Source: Campylobacterota bacterium (GTDB taxonomy: Bacteria; Campylobacterota; Campylobacteria; Campylobacterales; Sulfurovaceae). From it: DNA of 31,459 bases. The first letter of the stretch is position 1; every line of letters begins with the position of its first letter. A model generated the notes under the pieces. The model was not told where the DNA came from, did not search any database, and saw only the letters and a program-made list of their open reading frames with translations. The DNA is taken from NCBI GenBank assembly GCA_034722955.1, contig JAYEOM010000123.1, positions 1-31,459 of the forward strand, written 5' to 3'. Below, piece by piece: positions 1 through 7,339 of this stretch. A program made the translations under genes and the position numbers.

Positions 1-23
1 TTCAAAAAACTTCTTATTGCTTC

Positions 24-56
24 AAGGCTACCCCAATGAAACAAACACCCAAATAG
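24..56. repeat. Partial (left arm plus loop) copy of the palindromic element at 14573-14625
   Basis: aaggctaccccaatgaaacaaacacccaaatag closely matches aaggctacccaaggagacaaacacccaaatag starting at 14572. Confidence 0.7.
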
Positions 57-151
57 AAGCCACAGAGAGGGTAAGATTAAAAACTAATGAGTAGAAGAAG
101 TAGACTATAGCACAAAATTTTTGTTTACAAAAGCTTTAATCCTCACTTTTT

Positions 152-160
152 TGATAAAAT
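152..160 (+). promoter_or_regulatory. Extended -10 (TGnTAAAAT) upstream of mqnD
   Basis: tgataaaat preceded by T-tracts, about 27 nt before the ATG. Confidence 0.5.
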
Positions 161-186
161 TACTCTATTCTACTACTAGGCGATAA

Positions 187-1050
187 ATGATGAACATTGA
201 ACTAGCACACTCTCCAGACGCAGATGATATATTTATGTACTATGCTATCAAATTTGGCTGGGTGAATACCAAAGATTATGAGTTTAGCAATATCGGCTTA
301 GATATAGAGACTCTCAATGTGGAAGCCATAAAAGGCACCTATGATGTCTCTGCGATAAGCTTTGGTATGTATCCTCTGATCAAAGATAACTACGCTCTGC
401 TTCGTACAGCTGTAAGTTTCGGTGAAGGGTATGGACCCAAGCTCATACGCCGTAAGGATAAAAAACTAAAACGCAATTTCAAAGTAGCACTCTCCGGCAA
501 ATACACCACCAATGCTATGCTATTTCGTATCTACTACCCCGATGCACGACCAATCTATATGGATTTTCTAGATATAGAACAAGCTGTTGTGAGTGGAGAG
601 GTCGATGCAGGTGTACTGATACACGAATCTATCCTAGACTATGATGAGAGCCTAGAGGTAGAGAAAGAGATATGGGATATATGGGTCAAATTAGCAGGAG
701 AGGGACTGCCACTACCTCTAGGTGGTATGGCACTGCGTCGCTCACTGCCCCTCAACCGTGCCATAGATATAGAAAACATCCTCATAGATGGTGTCAAAGT
801 AGCCAATGACAGAAAAGAGGAGTTATGTGCCAAACTAGAAGCAGACTCTCTAGTGCGTATCTCCGATAAGATGCTCACCAAATACCTAGATATGTACGCC
901 TCCGATGAGTCTGTAGAGCTAAGCCCTCTACAGCTAAAAGCTCTAGATAGACTCTATGAGATAGGTTTCGAAAATGGACTTTGGGAAGTACCTATCAAAA
1001 CAGAGGATTATCTTTTGCCTAGGGAGTATGAGGGGCTGAGGAGAAATTAA
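187..1050 (+). CDS. mqnD: 1,4-dihydroxy-6-naphthoate synthase (futalosine menaquinone pathway)
   Basis: Motifs AHSPDADDIFM, DIETLN, SFGEGYGP, GVLIHE and LPLPLGG typical of MqnD; start is 187 or 190. Confidence 0.9.
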   Translation: MMNIELAHSPDADDIFMYYAIKFGWVNTKDYEFSNIGLDIETLNVEAIKGTYDVSAISFGMYPLIKDNYALLRTAVSFGEGYGPKLIRRKDKKLKRNFKVALSGKYTTNAMLFRIYYPDARPIYMDFLDIEQAVVSGEVDAGVLIHESILDYDESLEVEKEIWDIWVKLAGEGLPLPLGGMALRRSLPLNRAIDIENILIDGVKVANDRKEELCAKLEADSLVRISDKMLTKYLDMYASDESVELSPLQLKALDRLYEIGFENGLWEVPIKTEDYLLPREYEGLRRN

Positions 1051-1118
1051 TGGCATATTGGCAGGTAAGAGATGGCTTTAAAAGTGTAGTTGAGCAGTAT
1101 TGTGGCAAAGAGCTATAG
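1050..1118 (+). CDS. Putative 22-aa micro-ORF MAYWQVRDGFKSVVEQYCGKEL (or gene remnant)
   Basis: ATG overlaps the mqnD stop (TAATG); GAGGAG lies just upstream; TAG ends 2 nt before the murB ATG. Confidence 0.4.
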   Translation: MAYWQVRDGFKSVVEQYCGKEL

Positions 1119-1120
1119 AT

Positions 1121-1897
1121 ATGGGCACTAAACTCATAGACTTCTCCCGCTACTCTAGTATCAAAGTCGGTCAACCAACAGAAGTCCTTATCATAGAGAA
1201 GGATGACGCTATCCCCTCAGATAGATACCTCATCGGAGGGGCAAATAATCTCCTTATCTCTCCTGCTCCTCCACCTCTGATGATGCTGGGTAAGGATTTT
1301 GCTACTATAGAGCTGGATGTGGAGTTGCTCACTATTGGGGCTTCTATGCCTACGGGGCGGATAGTCTCCTTTGCTCGCAAAAATGATTTAGCTGGCTTTG
1401 AGTTTTTTGCCAAACTCCCTGGGGTGCTTGGAGGGATGCTAGCTATGAATGCAGGGGTTAAGAGCTATGAGATTTTTAATATCTTGCATAGTGTAGAGAT
1501 TGATGGAGAGTGGATAGCTAGGGATGATATAGAGCATGGGTATCGTTTTGCCCATCTAGGAGGGGTGGCTACGGCAGCTAGGTTTGAGATCAAGCAAGGG
1601 TTTAGTGGTGAACTACTCGATGAACTAGTGAAGCTTAGAGCCAACCAACCAAAAGAGCCTAGTGCAGGTTCTGCTTTTAAAAATCCAAATGGAGATGCAG
1701 CAGGGAGATTGATAGAAGCAGTAGGACTCAAAGGCACAAAACGAGGGGGGATGGCCTGGAGTGAGGTTCACGCTAATTTTTTGGTCAATCTAGGCGGCGG
1801 AAGCTATGAAGAGGCTATCTACCTTATAGAGTTGGCTAAAGAGAAGATATATGGCTCTTTTGACATTATGCTTCGAGAGGAGATCAAAATACTCTAA
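1121..1897 (+). CDS. murB: UDP-N-acetylenolpyruvoylglucosamine reductase
   Basis: IGGANNLL, PGVLGGMLAMNAG, QPKEPSAGSAFKNP, AGRLIE, HANFLVN, EIKIL; ATG 1121 preferred over the track's TTG 1100. Confidence 0.95.
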   Translation: MGTKLIDFSRYSSIKVGQPTEVLIIEKDDAIPSDRYLIGGANNLLISPAPPPLMMLGKDFATIELDVELLTIGASMPTGRIVSFARKNDLAGFEFFAKLPGVLGGMLAMNAGVKSYEIFNILHSVEIDGEWIARDDIEHGYRFAHLGGVATAARFEIKQGFSGELLDELVKLRANQPKEPSAGSAFKNPNGDAAGRLIEAVGLKGTKRGGMAWSEVHANFLVNLGGGSYEEAIYLIELAKEKIYGSFDIMLREEIKIL

Positions 1898-2058
1898 GAA
1901 GTTGTGCAAAAATAGATATACCCAAATGACGCAGGAGTTTTGTCTCTAGTTGGATTGTCTCAAGAGGAGCATAGTGATTCTACACGACGATTGAAACCAT
2001 TCAAACAGCAACAAAAGAACAGGTAAGATGGGTATATTTGTTTTTGGGAGACTCCTAA
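1895..2058. mobile_element. ~160-bp imperfect palindrome, MITE-like, between convergent genes
   Basis: Left caaaaatagatataccca pairs with right tgggtatatttgtttttg; arms stay partly complementary to a central gcatag..ctacac loop; TAA at both ends. Confidence 0.65.
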
Positions 2059-2081
2059 GAAAGAGAACTCCTCCCTCCTTG

Positions 2082-2564
2082 CTAGTCTATACAGCGAACA
2101 CAGCGGATATAATGTGAATCACTCTTCATATGGCTATATGGTTGACTCTCAAATACAGCATAGACTGCCCAATACTCATTTTTCTTGGATGGTGTAGAGG
2201 ACCAAAAATCCATACCTATTGTGTTTTTGAGTCCTCTTGTCCTGTCATGCAGCTCTGTCAATTCAGCTACTTTTGGCAGTCTCCAGTCAGAATAACCAGC
2301 GTAGTGCAGATTGCTGCAATAATTTTTTGCATATTTCCATTTACCTGCTTTTCCAGCAGAGCGGTTGCTTTTGTAAGCACCATCCTCTTTATCACCATAA
2401 GGTGAATCTTGCCACATCAATTTAGTCTTGTAATTAACATATACATCACCATCATCACATGGAACTTTGGCACTATCACCACTACCGGCAGGTGCAACAT
2501 AGCCACCTGCTATGAGCATGGTTCCCGCCATAACCAAAAGAGCTACAATAACTGCTTTTTTCAT
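2082..2564 (-). CDS. Secreted DUF1566 (Lcl C-terminal) domain protein
   Basis: Signal peptide; LMWQ, AKNYCSNL, AGYSDWRLP..EL, FWSST and YIRCVR motifs. Confidence 0.85.
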   Translation of the reverse strand: MKKAVIVALLVMAGTMLIAGGYVAPAGSGDSAKVPCDDGDVYVNYKTKLMWQDSPYGDKEDGAYKSNRSAGKAGKWKYAKNYCSNLHYAGYSDWRLPKVAELTELHDRTRGLKNTIGMDFWSSTPSKKNEYWAVYAVFESQPYSHMKSDSHYIRCVRCID

Positions 2565-2649
2565 AGACTACTCCTCAAATACAATATTATTTAGTATGAT
2601 AATATATATTTACTCACAAATTGCTAAAAAAAGCTATTTTAACCGGTCA

Positions 2650-3036
2650 TTATCCCCAATCTTCATTTTTTGCACGATTTTTATGTTTTGATTTTTTATA
2701 AGAGCTACTGTTTTTCAATTTTTGAAGACGGTTTAGATTACTCATCTCTGCTTCACGGATATCATCAAATACCCTGTCATCTGTAGACTCACTCAAGATC
2801 AGCTGAGCATAGAGACGATCTATATATATTTTTAGCTCTCGATAATACTCCAAATCCAAAGAGACCGTATCACTCTCATCTAGTTTTGATTTGAGCTCTA
2901 TAAACTTTTGGACAAAATGTTGAGCAGAGATATTTTCATCCTTAAACATCCTAAAAAGATTTTTGCTGATCTTCTCTAACTCTCCAATATATTTTTGACG
3001 CTGATATTTATCTATCTGCTTTTGTGTATAACGAAT
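2650..3036 (-). CDS. Hypothetical charged helical protein, probably starting at ATT (128 aa)
   Basis: Frame is open for 29 codons upstream of ATG 2949; AAGGAG lies 6 nt before ATT at 3036; an in-frame TAG blocks further extension. Confidence 0.7.
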   Translation of the reverse strand: MRYTQKQIDKYQRQKYIGELEKISKNLFRMFKDENISAQHFVQKFIELKSKLDESDTVSLDLEYYRELKIYIDRLYAQLILSESTDDRVFDDIREAEMSNLNRLQKLKNSSSYKKSKHKNRAKNEDWG

Positions 3037-3046
3037 CTCTATCTCC

Positions 3047-3628
3047 TTAAGCTACAATCTTGATCGGTACTCCAGAATTTACAGCATACCATAACATATC
3101 CATAGCATCATTGGTGATAGCTATACATCCATTAGTCCAATCTTTCGAGAGTGTAAAGTTATTGCCTTTGCCATTATCGTTCCAAAAAGGCTGAGCATGT
3201 ATAGTGATAGCACTACCCGGAGAGTCTCCTCTGGCTCTGGCAGCTTTTATATCTTTGCTGTTTGGATAGGAGATGAAGATCATACGATAGTATTTTGGGT
3301 GGCATTTTTTGCGTGTGACAAGATAAGAGCCCTCCGGAGTACGCTTATCTCCCATTTTGACCTTGTGCCCTTTAGGATTTTTTCCAAGAGATATACGAAA
3401 AGTATATATTTTCTTCTCATTTTTATAGAGATACATTTCATGCTTTTTCTTTGATACAATGATCTTGTCTATCTTTTTATCTCTCTTGAAGTGCTCACCC
3501 GTTCGTAACTCTTTTCTGCACTCTGAGGTTTTATAACTCCCCTTTTTGTAGACAAGCCTTTCACCTTCACTGCATCCCAAAAAAAAGAGAACTATTGTCA
3601 CTAAACTTAAAATTTTCCATCTAATCAT
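3047..3628 (-). CDS. L,D-transpeptidase/carboxypeptidase (YkuD family) lipoprotein
   Basis: Lipobox FLGC; K..GDKRTPEGSY, ISYPN, ITIH..WTNGCIA catalytic His/Cys. Confidence 0.88.
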   Translation of the reverse strand: MIRWKILSLVTIVLFFLGCSEGERLVYKKGSYKTSECRKELRTGEHFKRDKKIDKIIVSKKKHEMYLYKNEKKIYTFRISLGKNPKGHKVKMGDKRTPEGSYLVTRKKCHPKYYRMIFISYPNSKDIKAARARGDSPGSAITIHAQPFWNDNGKGNNFTLSKDWTNGCIAITNDAMDMLWYAVNSGVPIKIVA

Positions 3629-3631
3629 CTT

Positions 3632-4201
3632 TTACTTCCTTATAATGATCGGAACACCCTCTCGCACAGCGTACCAGAGTTTCTCCATCTCTTTATTTGT
3701 CACAGCTACACAACCTTGGGTCCAATTTTTTGAGAGTGTATATTTGTCACCATTGCCATCTGCGTTCCATTTTGGCTGGGCATGTATAGTTATATCACCA
3801 CCGGGATTGACACCTTTTGCATTTGCACGGAGGATATCATTGGTATTTGGGTAAGAGATACAGAGAGAGCGATAGTACTTTTGTGAACAGAGTTTTCTCC
3901 TAAGCCAATACTGCCCCTCTGGTGTTCTATGATCACCCTTTTGTACTTTATCTCCTTTGGGATTTTTACCCAAAGATACAGGAAGTTTATCGATGACTCT
4001 GGCATCACGATAGAGATGCATCTTTCGTTTTGATTTATATATAACGATCATATCAATACGCTCACTCTCATCGATATCTTTTGCAAGTGACATCTCTTTT
4101 TTGCACTCTTTGATATTATAATATTTACTATTTGTATCTGGCTGTTGACCACACCCTATAAAAAATAGAGTTATAAGTAAAAAGACCCCTATATATTTCA
4201 T
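3632..4201 (-). CDS. L,D-transpeptidase/carboxypeptidase (YkuD family) lipoprotein, paralog of the neighbouring gene
   Basis: Lipobox FIGC; GDHRTPEGQY, ISYPN, GGDITIH..WTQGCVA; AAGGAG precedes ATG 4201. Confidence 0.88.
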   Translation of the reverse strand: MKYIGVFLLITLFFIGCGQQPDTNSKYYNIKECKKEMSLAKDIDESERIDMIVIYKSKRKMHLYRDARVIDKLPVSLGKNPKGDKVQKGDHRTPEGQYWLRRKLCSQKYYRSLCISYPNTNDILRANAKGVNPGGDITIHAQPKWNADGNGDKYTLSKNWTQGCVAVTNKEMEKLWYAVREGVPIIIRK

Positions 4202-4222
4202 CGACACTCCTTTGCTACTGCT

Positions 4223-4231
4223 ATTTTAACA
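4223..4231 (-). promoter_or_regulatory. Extended -10 TGTTAAAAT for the YkuD pair
   Basis: Plus-strand attttaaca about 22 nt upstream of ATG 4201. Confidence 0.5.
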
Positions 4232-4281
4232 TAGTTTTTAAAATTTCCATAGCTGATAGAGGAAGGTACTTAAAGATAAAA

Positions 4282-4366
4282 AAGGTTAATCGATGATTTT
4301 CTCGCAAATGCCCTAGGTGCAATGATAAATGCTAGTTTAGTAATCTCTATTGCATATTTTGGGTTG
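4282..4366. repeat. Half copy of the MITE-like element at 19880-20038 (inverted orientation)
   Basis: aaggttaatcgatgattttctcgcaaatgccctaggtgcaatgata...tgcatattttgggtt matches the reverse complement of about 19882-19966 with scattered substitutions. Confidence 0.9.
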
Positions 4367-4386
4367 AATAAGAAGGTATAGAACAG

Positions 4387-4411
4387 AAAAACTCTCCCCA
4401 AAGAGGGGAGA
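4387..4411 (-). terminator. Intrinsic terminator of tpx
   Basis: 7-bp stem TCTCCCC/GGGGAGA, 5-nt loop, then a T-tract on the minus strand. Confidence 0.75.
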
Positions 4412-4442
4412 AGTAAGGAGGGTATAGAAGTTAACTCTTAGT

Positions 4443-4958
4443 TTATAGAGCAGCTTTTGCGGCTTCGATCGCTTCTGCATAATCAGGCTCTATTGTGATC
4501 TCAGGTACAACTTGCTTGTAAGATACTTTACCATCTTTACCAACTACAAAGATAACTCTTGCAGTTACACCAGCCAAAGGACCATCAGCAAGAAGAACAC
4601 CATAAGCGTTAGCGAAATCTTTGTTTCTAAAGTCAGAACATACTTTGAGGTTTTCGATACCAGCTGCACCACACCATCTAGCTGCTGCAAATGGAAGATC
4701 CATAGATACAGTGATCACTTCAACACCATCAAGAGCTGCTGCTTCTGTGTTAAATCTTCTAGTCTCAGCGTCACATACACCAGTGTCTAGTGAAGGTACT
4801 GCTATTACTAGTTGAACTTTACCTTCTCCACCAATTGTCTCATTTTGAAGCATTGGGTCACAGTTTACTACTGTTACTACTGGAGCTGTGTCGCCTACAT
4901 TGATCTCTGTTCCGCCTAGGTTACATACGATGTCGTTTTTAAATGTTACTGTTGCCAT
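4443..4958 (-). CDS. tpx: Thiol peroxidase (atypical 2-Cys peroxiredoxin)
   Basis: VPSLDTGVCDAETRRFN and SMDLPFAAARWCGAAG motifs. Confidence 0.95.
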   Translation of the reverse strand: MATVTFKNDIVCNLGGTEINVGDTAPVVTVVNCDPMLQNETIGGEGKVQLVIAVPSLDTGVCDAETRRFNTEAAALDGVEVITVSMDLPFAAARWCGAAGIENLKVCSDFRNKDFANAYGVLLADGPLAGVTARVIFVVGKDGKVSYKQVVPEITIEPDYAEAIEAAKAAL

Positions 4959-5045
4959 TTTTAAATCCTTTTAATTTTTGATAACCGTATGATATTCTAA
5001 ATAGGATAAAATTACTCTTAAATAGAAAAAGATTTTTCATTTTTT

Positions 5046-5453
5046 TCAAAATATCTCCTCTTTCATCTGTTTTATGATTCGTTTTAGTGCAGCATCTTCA
5101 TCAGATTTGAAATCACTCTGTATCCTATATATAGATCTATTACCATCAAATATCTTGAGCCTGATATAGCCATTGAAGTCCGCACCCAGACTTTTGACCT
5201 GTGGATTGCTACAGGAGTCAACATGGTGGATATATCCGTTTAGATGATAGTTGCAAGATTTAGATGAGATAGATTCAAAATTTTTTTTGAGCGGCTTTGT
5301 CAGTTTTGGATCAAATGTATCTATAGTGATACACGGCAGAGATAGATCTTTTTTGTCGGTAAGATACCCTGAGTATACGGGATAATCCTCGCAACCACTC
5401 AGCAGGAGCAGTATTGAGACTCCCCACAAGGTATGAAACCTAAAGATTTGCAA
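5046..5453 (-). CDS. Hypothetical lipoprotein
   Basis: Lipobox LSGC after a hydrophobic stretch; TTG start overlaps the end of the upstream gene. Confidence 0.7.
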   Translation of the reverse strand: MQIFRFHTLWGVSILLLLSGCEDYPVYSGYLTDKKDLSLPCITIDTFDPKLTKPLKKNFESISSKSCNYHLNGYIHHVDSCSNPQVKSLGADFNGYIRLKIFDGNRSIYRIQSDFKSDEDAALKRIIKQMKEEIF

Positions 5454-5832
5454 TACCTTTTACCCAGTTTTCCATAGTGGTATTGGCTTCCGGATTGGGT
5501 GCTTCGAGAAAACTGATGACAAATGAGCCATCTCTCTCTGCGACTCCGATAGATCGAGGTCTCACTGCCAATACCACTGCTTTAGGCAGATGTTTGCCAA
5601 AACAGCAGATAATATTTTTGGCATCTTTTATATCTTCAGATATATCACCCTCTGCCAAACTGCTAGTATGTGCGTAGTGGTCAAACTCTCCTATATATAC
5701 AGCTACTCGATGAGCTTCAATCTGCTCTTTTAGGTAGTTAAGTATATCATCTATATTTTTATAACTTGTCTCATTTTTATCAACTTCTAGTGTATATACC
5801 GGATACTTCTCCATAACGGTAATCTGCTTCAT
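5440..5832 (-). CDS. Conserved hypothetical protein (DUF6858/DUF302-like)
   Basis: EKYPVY, FDHYAHT, CFG..LP..LAVRPRSIGVAE; family assignment is from memory. Confidence 0.65.
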   Translation of the reverse strand: MKQITVMEKYPVYTLEVDKNETSYKNIDDILNYLKEQIEAHRVAVYIGEFDHYAHTSSLAEGDISEDIKDAKNIICCFGKHLPKAVVLAVRPRSIGVAERDGSFVISFLEAPNPEANTTMENWVKGIANL

Positions 5833-5944
5833 CTCTTTGGTTCCTTGTTTTTGATAAGGTATTTTAGCAAAAAAATGTTGAATTTATTATTATTATAACT
5901 ATTTACTATAAATAAATGGGGGTAGCGGCTTCACCTTACTCTGC

Positions 5945-7114
5945 TCACATCCCAGGTACTCTTGGGATTTTTCCTAGTTTTGAGTTTCGGCAGTACCAGC
6001 CCCACCCTTTTTTCATCCAGTGACCAACTATCGGTAGAGGGATCATCTTGCCTCCCTTGGCATCACGATAGACAAAAGCAGCACCGTTACCTGTATCCAT
6101 AACACAGAGGATATTTAGATGCTCCTTATAGCTATATTTCGAATCTATACCCTGACTATGATTGAAGAGATTATAAGCAACATTTTTTGCCATAACCTCT
6201 GCTACATGCCCCTGTTTTGCTTTCCACTCTGGCCCCATCAATGCAGCACTATCACCAATAGCATAAACACCCTCAAAACCTTCGATCTCATTATACTCAT
6301 CAGTTACTACAAATCCTGCATCACTCAGCGGAAGATCAGAGCTCTCTATGACAGAGTGCCCTTTGCCTGCTGATATGAACATAGTAAGATCTGACTCTAG
6401 CTTGCTGCCATCTTCGAAATTGACTCCATCACTTTCAAAACCGGTAATTTTCACACCCACTTGTTTGTAGATATTGGTCATTTCAAACATCTTGTCCATC
6501 ATCTCTACAGCTTTGTGCCCCATCTTCATACCAGGTTTTTCCATAGGTGCAAAAAAGGTCAACTCAAACTTATCTCTCAGCCCTCTTCTCTTGAGCATTG
6601 TATCTACATTGAACAGCACTTCAAATGCAGGACCACCGCGTACAGCAGAAGCATCTTTGGGATTACCGCCAAAACCCATAGCTATCTTGCCTGACCCTCT
6701 AGCTACCAAGGCATTGAGTGCGATATTGAGCTGGGTCGCCTCTTCTGGTCTACCGCAGATAGAGAGTGTATGCTCCATACCTTGAAATTGAATCTTATCT
6801 TGCCCAAGAGCAACAACAATATAGTCATAACTATCCAATATGCGGCCACTATCCAGAGTGATCTTTTTGATTTTAGCCTCTATCTTGCTGACAGGATCAA
6901 CAATCAGTGAAAAGCCATGCACCTCTGCCAAATCAGCCAGAGGAACACTGACATCCTCTTTTGTGGATTCACCAGTAGGTATCCAGATAGATGTAGGATA
7001 GATATAGAAATAGTCCCGATCACTCACTAATGTCACATCCAAATCACTCTTTCGCAGGTATATTGCTGCTTCTATGCCTGCAAATCCTCCACCTAGAACT
7101 AAAACAGTTGCCAT
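5945..7114 (-). CDS. sqr: Sulfide:quinone oxidoreductase, type VI (SqrF-like) flavoprotein
   Basis: Rossmann GGGFAG; SICG; GFGGNPKD.SAVRGGPAFE; YAIGD; KQGHVA; LCVMDTG; C-terminal amphipathic HWMKKGWGWY. Confidence 0.8.
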   Translation of the reverse strand: MATVLVLGGGFAGIEAAIYLRKSDLDVTLVSDRDYFYIYPTSIWIPTGESTKEDVSVPLADLAEVHGFSLIVDPVSKIEAKIKKITLDSGRILDSYDYIVVALGQDKIQFQGMEHTLSICGRPEEATQLNIALNALVARGSGKIAMGFGGNPKDASAVRGGPAFEVLFNVDTMLKRRGLRDKFELTFFAPMEKPGMKMGHKAVEMMDKMFEMTNIYKQVGVKITGFESDGVNFEDGSKLESDLTMFISAGKGHSVIESSDLPLSDAGFVVTDEYNEIEGFEGVYAIGDSAALMGPEWKAKQGHVAEVMAKNVAYNLFNHSQGIDSKYSYKEHLNILCVMDTGNGAAFVYRDAKGGKMIPLPIVGHWMKKGWGWYCRNSKLGKIPRVPGM

Positions 7115-7134
7115 ACTCTCTCTCCTTTTTAAGA

Positions 7135-7329
7135 TTATCTAAAGATACCTGATCGCTCTTTCTCAAGCACCAATTCATCCGAAACAGTTGTATTGGCTTG
7201 GATGATTCCATAGATAGCACCGATCAATAACCCAGAGAGGATAACAATCCAAATCGTCAACCTCTTCTCACTGCTCTCTTTTCCATTATAATCTTCTATT
7301 TTTTCCAATGTAGGCTCTATACTCTGCAT
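7135..7329 (-). CDS. Small single-pass membrane protein (64 aa)
   Basis: AGGAG SD; one hydrophobic helix; tightly packed between ccoG and sqr. Confidence 0.75.
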   Translation of the reverse strand: MQSIEPTLEKIEDYNGKESSEKRLTIWIVILSGLLIGAIYGIIQANTTVSDELVLEKERSGIFR

Positions 7330-7339
7330 CGTTAATCTC

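Noticed and set aside
1..39. Possible 3' end of an upstream plus-strand gene (FKKLLIASRLPQ*)
   Set aside because: Too short to support and partly made of the repeat relic
5915..5944. GC-rich patch downstream of sqr (gggggtagcggcttcacc)
   Set aside because: Only a weak stem and too short a match to the GGGGTAGCC repeat to call a terminator or repeat
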